Shown here: positions 58,601 through 64,000 of the stretch, one piece after another
Layout: each line of letters opens with the position of its first letter
How positions within the stretch are numbered: the first letter of the stretch is position 1
Program-made: the position numbers and the translations under genes
Notes under the pieces: model-generated
The model's database searches: none
Told to the model about the DNA's origin: nothing
The model's input: only the letters and a program-made list of their open reading frames with translations
Assembly (NCBI RefSeq): GCF_030682935.1
Contig: NZ_JAUXNA010000103.1
Location: 5,409-69,408, forward strand
DNA from: Polaromonas sp.
GTDB lineage: Bacteria > Pseudomonadota > Gammaproteobacteria > Burkholderiales > Burkholderiaceae_C
Length of the DNA: 64,000 nt
Reading direction: 5' to 3'

Positions 58601-59512
58601 CGCTGCGTCGGTTCCCTGTTTCGGGTTCATCCAGATGTCGGAGAGTTTGGCGACTTCCGAATAGTCGGGCGTGATCGCAACCGTCTTGGTGCCTTTGTAG
58701 CGGACTTCGGTGAAGAAGTGGGCGTCAGGCGTGCGCGTTTGCGGCACGTTCGAGCCCCAGGCGATGATGAAACTCGAGTTGTACCAGTCGGCCGACTCGG
58801 GCACGTCAGTCTGTTCGCCCCAGACTTGCGGACTGGAGGGGGGCAGGTCGCAGTACCAGTCGTAAAAGCTCATGCACACGCCGCCGATCAGGCTCAGGTA
58901 GCGGCTGCCGGCTGCGTAGCTGACCATCGACATGGCGGGAATCGGCGAAAAACCAATGATGCGGTCGGGCCCATGCTCTTTGATGGTGTAGACGTTGGAG
59001 GCCGCCACGATCTCGTTGACCTCGTCCCAGCTGGCGCGCACGAAGCCGCCAAGTCCGCGCACACTTTGGTAGTCTTTGCGCTTGGCATCAGACTGTGCAA
59101 TGGAGGCCCAGGCGTCGACCGGATCCATCGACAGGCGCGCTTCGCGCCAAAGCTTGAGCAGCCGGCCGCGAACCAGCGGGTACTTCACCCTGTTCGCGCT
59201 GTACAGGTACCAGCTGTAGCTGGCGCCGCGGGCACAGCCGCGCGGTTCGTGGTTGGGCATGTCCCAACGGGTACGGGGATAGTCGGTTTGCTGGGTTTCC
59301 CAGGTCACGATGCCGCCCTTGACATAAATTTTCCAGGAGCACGAACCGGTGCAGTTCACGCCGTGCGTGCTGCGCACGATCTTGTCGTGGGCCCAGCGGT
59401 TGCGATAGGCGTCCTCCCACGTGCGGTCTTCAGCCGTGGTGACGCCGTGGTCGCCCGAAAACGATTCTCGGGGGTTGGAAAAGTGGCTTAGTCGGTCAAG
59501 AAAATGACTCAT
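55700..59512 (-). CDS. narG: Respiratory nitrate reductase alpha subunit (cytoplasmic)
   Basis: MSHFLDRL, STHGVNCTGSC, PRGC.RG, SFYDWYCD, TPHQKWGIHS; no Tat signal. Confidence 0.97.
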   Translation of the reverse strand: MSHFLDRLSHFSNPRESFSGDHGVTTAEDRTWEDAYRNRWAHDKIVRSTHGVNCTGSCSWKIYVKGGIVTWETQQTDYPRTRWDMPNHEPRGCARGASYSWYLYSANRVKYPLVRGRLLKLWREARLSMDPVDAWASIAQSDAKRKDYQSVRGLGGFVRASWDEVNEIVAASNVYTIKEHGPDRIIGFSPIPAMSMVSYAAGSRYLSLIGGVCMSFYDWYCDLPPSSPQVWGEQTDVPESADWYNSSFIIAWGSNVPQTRTPDAHFFTEVRYKGTKTVAITPDYSEVAKLSDIWMNPKQGTDAAVAMAMGHVILKEFYFPDGGKPRSAYFDNYVRRYTDMPMLVMLKEHQLPSGETVMVPDRYVRASDFNGNLGQANNPDWKTVAIDDSGKVVLPNGAIGFRWGPDGRADEGQWNLEAKEALHGNEVKLKLSVMEGENPSLETAKVGFPYFGGIVSEHFPNNATGAGSNDVLVRTVPVQRISLGKAGEQREALVATVFDLQVANYGVARGLPGELAAKSFDDDTPYTPAWQERITGTPREQLITVARQFAENADKTHGKSMVIIGAAMNHWYHSDMNYRGVINMLMMCGCIGQSGGGWAHYVGQEKLRPQTGWTALAFALDWIRPPRQMNSTSFFYAHTDQWRYEKLGMEEVLSPLADKKMFGGSMIDYNVRAERMGWLPSAPQLQTNPMQVVKDAQAQGLDAKDYVVKSLKDGSLKMSCEDPDHPDNWPSNLFVWRSNILGSSGKGHEYFLKHLLGTSHGVQGKDLGKDDAKPTEVVWPDKAPEGKLDLQETLDFRMRTAGLYSDIVLPTATWYEKNDLNTSDMHPFIHPLSTAVDPAWQSRSDWDIYKGFAKKFSEVCVGHLGVEREMVLTPLMHDTPAELAQPFGVKEWSKGEIDLIPGKTAPNMAVVERDYPNVYKRFTALGPLMNKVGNGGKGINWNTQTEVKQLGELNGFHTAEGVTCGMPKIETDIDACEVVLQLAPETNGHVAVKAWQALGKQTGLDHTHLAIHREDEKIRFRDIQAQPRKIISSPTWSGIESETVSYNAGYTNVHEMIPWRTLTGRQQFYMDHPWMTAFGEGFTSYRPPVDLKTTAGIHGIKPNGNTEILLNFITPHQKWGIHSTYSDNLMMLTLNRGGPVIWLSEDDAKSAGIVDNDWVELFNINGAIAARAVVSQRVNNGMVMMYHAQEKIINTPGSEITGIRGGIHNSVTRIVLKPTHMIGGYAQFSYGFNYYGTIGTNRDEFVVVRKMDKIDWLDDEPSSTSTEAHA

Positions 59513-59562
59513 TGGATTCTCCGGTGAAACGGTAAAGCGGTAAAAAGCAGCGGTTCAGCGCG

Positions 59563-61191
59563 TCAGGGGTTTTTGATCTCGGCACCACTGCGCAGGTAGA
59601 ACCACCAGTTCAGCACCAGGCACAGGGCGTAAAACACGGCGAAGCCGTACATCGCGACTTCGGGTGTGCCGGCCTTGATCTGGGCGCCGATCACCACGGG
59701 GGCAATGAAGGCGCCATAAGCGGCCACCGCTGAGGTCCAGCCCAGCACCGGGCCGGCCTGCTGGCGGTCAAATATCACGCCGATGGTACGGAAGGTGGAG
59801 CCGTTGCCAATGCCGCTGGCGGCAAAGAGCACGACAAACAGCCACATGAACAAGGAGAAGTACTGCTCAGGCGTGGCTGATCCGTAGGCCAGCAACATGA
59901 CGTAGCCCACGGCGCCCGACGCCAGCACCATCACGGCCGATATCACCTGTGTCACGATGGAACCACCGACCTTGTCAGCAATCCAGCCACCCACGGGACG
60001 GATCAGGGCGCCCACAAAGGGGCCGATCCAGGCATAGGTCAGGGCCGAGGGTGCGTTCGGGTTCTTCAGTGTGTGCTGCATGATGCCTGCGGCGTCGGGC
60101 ACGTGGCTGGTGCCGAAGATCACGGCAATCGACAGCGGCAGCGCCATCGAGAAGCCGATGAACGAGCCGAAAGTCACAATGTACAGAATCGTCATCGACC
60201 ACGTGTGCTTGTTCTTGAATATCTCGAACTGCTTGTCGATGTTGCCCTTCATCTCTCCAAAGGCGGCGAGCTTCATGGAGAACACCGTGACGACCATGAT
60301 CAGTGGCAAGGCCACCCACATGTTGAGCAGGCCCAGGCCGGTGGGTGCGGGCAGGTACAGATACAGGCCCAACACGCCGATGACACAGGTAATGCCCCAC
60401 AAGTACAAAATCTTGCCAAAGGCGGCCACAGTGCCCCCATAGTTGGGTGACAGGGGCAGCAGGTTGTTCATGCCGAACCAGGCGGCGATGACCAGGGGGA
60501 CCAGAATGGCGGCCCAGATGAAGCCGGCGTTCTGGATGTAGGTGGGCGTGCCAGCCAGAATCTTGCCGAAGATCCAGCCGGAATCCTTCATCAGCACCAT
60601 CGAACCGCCACCGACGGCGCCAAACAAACCGACGGTCATCACCAGCGGAATCAGTATCTGCATGGTGGTGACGCCGAAGTTTCCCAGGCCCGCGTTGAGG
60701 CCGAGACCGGTGCCCTGCAGCCGTTTTGGATAGAAGCCCGAGATGTTGGACATGGAGCAGGCGAAATTGCCGCCACCAATGCCCGACAGGAAGGCGCAAG
60801 CCTGGAACACCCATAGCGGCGTGCTCTTGTCCTGCAACGCAATGCCGGTCCATACCGCCGGAATAATGAGCAGTGCAGTCGTCAGAAAGATGGTGTTGCG
60901 CCCACCCGCGAGGCGAATGAAAAACGAGGCGGGAATGCGCATCGTGGCGCCCATCAGGCCGGCGATGGCCGTGAGCGTGAACAACTCGGCGGGCTTGAAC
61001 GGAAAACCCAGGTTGAGCATCTGCACCGTGATGATGCCCCACATGACCCAGACGGCGAAACCCACCAGCAGGTTGGGGATCGATATCCACAGGTTGCGGC
61101 TGGCGATGTGTTTGCCGGTGCTTTCCCAGAACTGTTCATCCTCCGGACGCCAGTCGGAGATGTCAGCACGATTTTTGGCTGTTGTATTCAC
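59563..61191 (-). CDS. narK2: NarK2-type nitrate/nitrite antiporter
   Basis: WRPED..FW, RNLWISIP, GGGNFA.SM.NI..F.P, GIGNGSTF. Confidence 0.88.
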   Translation of the reverse strand: MNTTAKNRADISDWRPEDEQFWESTGKHIASRNLWISIPNLLVGFAVWVMWGIITVQMLNLGFPFKPAELFTLTAIAGLMGATMRIPASFFIRLAGGRNTIFLTTALLIIPAVWTGIALQDKSTPLWVFQACAFLSGIGGGNFACSMSNISGFYPKRLQGTGLGLNAGLGNFGVTTMQILIPLVMTVGLFGAVGGGSMVLMKDSGWIFGKILAGTPTYIQNAGFIWAAILVPLVIAAWFGMNNLLPLSPNYGGTVAAFGKILYLWGITCVIGVLGLYLYLPAPTGLGLLNMWVALPLIMVVTVFSMKLAAFGEMKGNIDKQFEIFKNKHTWSMTILYIVTFGSFIGFSMALPLSIAVIFGTSHVPDAAGIMQHTLKNPNAPSALTYAWIGPFVGALIRPVGGWIADKVGGSIVTQVISAVMVLASGAVGYVMLLAYGSATPEQYFSLFMWLFVVLFAASGIGNGSTFRTIGVIFDRQQAGPVLGWTSAVAAYGAFIAPVVIGAQIKAGTPEVAMYGFAVFYALCLVLNWWFYLRSGAEIKNP

Positions 61192-61217
61192 ATTGTTCCT
61201 TCAGAGTTGTTTTCAGG

Positions 61218-62486
61218 TCAATCCTTGAGGCTGAATGCGTTTGCATTGCGCCCCATGACTTCGGCGCGGCGCACCTCGGTCCAATACATCCAGATCAGCG
61301 ACACCCAGACCACACCATACATCAGCATGAAGGCGCTGGATCGGATGCCGGTCAGGTCCATCAGCGCGCCGCACATTATGGGAAGAACTAAGCCGCCCAG
61401 GCCGCCCGCCAGCCCGACGATGCCGCTGATGGCGCCAATGTTGGCACCGTAGTCGTCGCTGATGTACTTGAAAACGCTGGCTTTGCCGAAGGCCCAGGCA
61501 ATGCCCAGGATGAACATCAACCCAGTGAAGGTGTAGACGTTCAGGCCGAGATGAAAGGTCATCGGTCCGTTGATCGTGAGGATGGTGAAGTCGGTCTGCG
61601 GATACGACAGCAGGAACAGGCAGACCCAGCTCACCCACATCACCCACCAGGTCACGCTGTGCGCGCCGTACTTGTCGGACAGGATGCCGCCGAAGGCGCG
61701 CAGCACGCCGCCCGGCAGCGAGAAGCAGGCCGCCAGCAGGGCCGCCACGCGAATATCGAGGCCAAACTCACCGACGTAGTACTGCACCATCCAGAGCGAC
61801 AGGGCCACATAGCCGCCGAACACGATGCTGTAGTACTGGCAGTACTTGAGGACTTTCGGGTCCTTCAACGCCTTGAGCTGGTCGCTGAACTTGACGTGGC
61901 TGGGCACCAGGTGCGAGGGGTCGCTGTAGCTGAACAGCCAGAACAGCACCAACGCGGCCAGCATGATGACCGCATACACCTGCGGCACCATGGCCCAGCC
62001 AAAGGCCACCAGCAGCACCGGCGCCACAAACTTGTTGACGGCGGCGCCCGAGTTGCCGGCGCCGTACACACCCATCGCCATGCCCTGGCGATTTTTGGGG
62101 AACCAGCGCGCCACATAGGGCGTGCCGACCGAGAACGAACCGCCGGCCAAACCAACAAACAGGCCAATCACGAGGAAGTGCCAGTAGACCGTGGCATAAC
62201 TCATGAGCCAGATCGCGGGTATCGTGACGGCCATCAGGACCGCCATGACGATGCGCCCGCCGTAGCGGTCGGTCCAGATGCCCAGCGGGACGCGGATCAG
62301 CGAGCCCGTCAGCACCGGCGTGGCCGCGAGCAGGCCAAACTCCGTGGCATTGAGGTTGAGCATCTTCTTGATCGGGATGCCGATCACGCCAAACATCATC
62401 CAGACCATGAAGCAGACCGTGAACGCCAGCGTGCTGACGATCAGCACCGACCACGCTTTTTTTGAATTACCCAGTTCAGAAGCCAT
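61218..62486 (-). CDS. narK1: NarK1-type nitrate transporter
   Basis: FTVCF.VW, PVLTGSL.R.PLG, GGSFSVG..YV..WFP, GAGNSG, GKASVFK. Confidence 0.85.
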   Translation of the reverse strand: MASELGNSKKAWSVLIVSTLAFTVCFMVWMMFGVIGIPIKKMLNLNATEFGLLAATPVLTGSLIRVPLGIWTDRYGGRIVMAVLMAVTIPAIWLMSYATVYWHFLVIGLFVGLAGGSFSVGTPYVARWFPKNRQGMAMGVYGAGNSGAAVNKFVAPVLLVAFGWAMVPQVYAVIMLAALVLFWLFSYSDPSHLVPSHVKFSDQLKALKDPKVLKYCQYYSIVFGGYVALSLWMVQYYVGEFGLDIRVAALLAACFSLPGGVLRAFGGILSDKYGAHSVTWWVMWVSWVCLFLLSYPQTDFTILTINGPMTFHLGLNVYTFTGLMFILGIAWAFGKASVFKYISDDYGANIGAISGIVGLAGGLGGLVLPIMCGALMDLTGIRSSAFMLMYGVVWVSLIWMYWTEVRRAEVMGRNANAFSLKD

Positions 62487-62573
62487 GTTTCTTTCTCCAG
62501 AAGACATGCACTGACTGTCGGGTTTTCCCGGGGCGTTGACCATCCCCCGTTGGAACGTAAGGAAATGCAAAAA

Positions 62574-62613
62574 AGAACTAGGGCGACGCAGTCGGCCTAG
62601 TTCCAAAGAACTA
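62574..62613. promoter_or_regulatory. Candidate NarL sites upstream of narK1
   Basis: 7-2-7 inverted repeat TAGTTCC-AA-AGAACTA (62598-62613) plus a second AGAACTA at 62574-62580; 13-bp direct repeat AAAGAACTAGGGC 33 bp apart. Confidence 0.65.
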
Positions 62614-62697
62614 GGGCCGGATCAAACTGAAGCCAGTTTCAGGGTCCCCCGATGCCATCACCAGCGTATGCCGGGGCAGCGTAGCCAAAACCATAAA

Positions 62698-62760
62698 TTT
62701 AAGCATTTTAGGCCTGCAGCCCAAGCAACACGGGAACTATTAGCTATCAAAACAGGAGCA
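62698..62760 (-). repeat. Dispersed 63-65 nt element, copy E
   Basis: TGCTCCTGTTTTGATAGCT-AAT-AGTTC-N10-TGGGC-TGCAG-GCC-TAAAAT-GCT-TAAA. Confidence 0.7.
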
Positions 62761-62825
62761 TCAAGAGTTAACACTGGCGCACCCGGACACGGAAAAGTGG
62801 TTTGCACGCCCTTTGCTGATCGCTG

Positions 62826-63530
62826 TCAGTCCGCGTCCTGCCCGGCGGCGTACACCGCAGCCTGCACACGCGAACTCAGCTGCAGCTTGCGCAGAATGTG
62901 CTGGACGTGGATCTTGACCGTGGTTTCGGCGATGTCGAGCTTGCGCGCAATGACCTTGTTGCTGTCGCCGCGCGCAATGTGCGTGAGCACTTCGCGTTCG
63001 CGGGCCGACAGCAGCGCCAGGCCCGGCGGGTCGCGTGGCGGCGGCGCGCCATTCGCGCTGCCCGCCTCCAGCGCGGCAGCTTCGCCCGCTGCCGTGGGCG
63101 GCGCCTTGGCGCGGAAGGCGGTAACCAGCTTGGTCATCAGTTCCGGGCTGACCACCGACTCCCCGGCGAGCACTTTGATGATGAACTCGGACAGGTGATC
63201 GAGTTCCACGGTTTTGAGCAGATAACCGTCGGCGCCGGCCTGCAGCGCTGCGGTCAGGTCGTCCTCGTTTTCGCTCACGGTCAGCATCAGGATGCGGGTG
63301 CCCGGGGCTGCGTCCTTGAGCGACGCGATCCCGTCCACACCGCGAACCCCCGGCAGGTGGTTATCCAGCAGGATCAGGTCAGGCCTGCTGCGCTCCACGC
63401 AACGCAGGGCTTCGCCGATGTCGCCGGCCTGGCAGGACACGTCAAACCGCTCGTCGAGCGACAGCAGCGCGATCAGCCCCCGGCGAAACAGGGTGTGGTC
63501 ATCTACCACCAGCAGCCGGATTTTTTTCAT
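62826..63530 (-). CDS. narL: NarL-family response regulator
   Basis: VVDDH, LILLD, GADGYLLK, LuxR HTH LSARE..SNKVIARKL.I.E.TVKIH; upstream of narK. Confidence 0.9.
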   Translation of the reverse strand: MKKIRLLVVDDHTLFRRGLIALLSLDERFDVSCQAGDIGEALRCVERSRPDLILLDNHLPGVRGVDGIASLKDAAPGTRILMLTVSENEDDLTAALQAGADGYLLKTVELDHLSEFIIKVLAGESVVSPELMTKLVTAFRAKAPPTAAGEAAALEAGSANGAPPPRDPPGLALLSAREREVLTHIARGDSNKVIARKLDIAETTVKIHVQHILRKLQLSSRVQAAVYAAGQDAD

Positions 63531-64000
63531 CTTATTGTTTCCTCAGCCGCCGGGCTTGGGTTTGGCAGCGGGTTCACATCCTGAGCACCCGTTGCCCCAC
63601 CACCGGTTACCGGGTGATGCGGCAGCGTCAGGGTGACCGTGGTGCCCTGGCCCGGCCCGGATACCACCGTCACCCCGGCGCCTATCCGTCCGGCGCGCTC
63701 GCTCATGATTTTCATGCCCACGTGGGATGCGCCTCGGCTTTGGTGGGTATCGAAGCCGGTGCCATTGTCGCGCACCAAAAAGCGCCAGCGCGCGCCCTTG
63801 AACACCTCCAGATCGACCTGCGTGGCGCCGGCGTGCTTGCGTACATTGGAGAGTGCCTCCTGAAGCACATGCAGCACTTGCACCTGGACGTCAGAGGGCA
63901 GCGGCAGGCCGTGGCCCTGGACCTGCAGATTCGCTGGCAAGCCGGTCTGATGCTGGAACTTCTGCAGCGTTTCCTGCAAGGCCTGCTCGATGTCGTCGGT
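63527..64000 (-). CDS. narX: NarX-type sensor histidine kinase, C-terminal part; 5' end outside the window
   Basis: QEALSNVRKHA, VRDNGTGFD, HVGMKIM.ERA, GQGTTV; overlaps the narL start. Confidence 0.85.
   Translation of the reverse strand, partial: TDDIEQALQETLQKFQHQTGLPANLQVQGHGLPLPSDVQVQVLHVLQEALSNVRKHAGATQVDLEVFKGARWRFLVRDNGTGFDTHQSRGASHVGMKIMSERAGRIGAGVTVVSGPGQGTTVTLTLPHHPVTGGGATGAQDVNPLPNPSPAAEETIR

Noticed and set aside
62536-62625. FNR box at the narK promoter
   Set aside because: Only isolated half-sites (TTGAC at 62536, ATCAA at 62621) without a correctly spaced partner.

Overview
GC-rich betaproteobacterial DNA; a Comamonadaceae-like origin is inferred from gene content and repeat style. 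The left 16 kb holds a tandem pair of atypical Hsp70-family genes, a DUF1326/DUF2182 pair, small metabolic and transport genes, and a co-oriented proA-gshA-kup-gshB block. From about 16.1 kb to the right edge is a large anaerobic respiration and NO region with three parts. (i) A tightly coupled operon with an FNR/DNR box: nitronate-monooxygenase-like gene, class II ribonucleotide reductase nrdJ with a 380-aa LAGLIDADG intein at the catalytic cysteine, nnrS, a nitroreductase, a conserved hypothetical and a hemerythrin, which runs into proA. (ii) A visibly more AT-rich block of about 27 kb, with three pseudogenes at its left edge, carrying a complete System I ccm operon, nirS-nirT-nirB, a stand-alone tandem PilJ/NarX-type sensor-domain protein, heme d1 genes, an IS4 scar, a DNR-type regulator and norCBQ-(FixG-like)-norD. 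(iii) narX(partial)-narL-narK1-narK2-narGHJI-PPIase-carbonic anhydrase. No nos genes, rRNA, tRNA or CRISPR array were seen. The least explained signals are a dispersed 63-65 nt fixed-spacing element (one copy is written into the proA codons), the intein-containing RNR operon under NO-type control, the orphan tandem nitrate-sensor-domain protein and the Hsp70 pair. All family assignments come from motif recognition by eye, not database searches.
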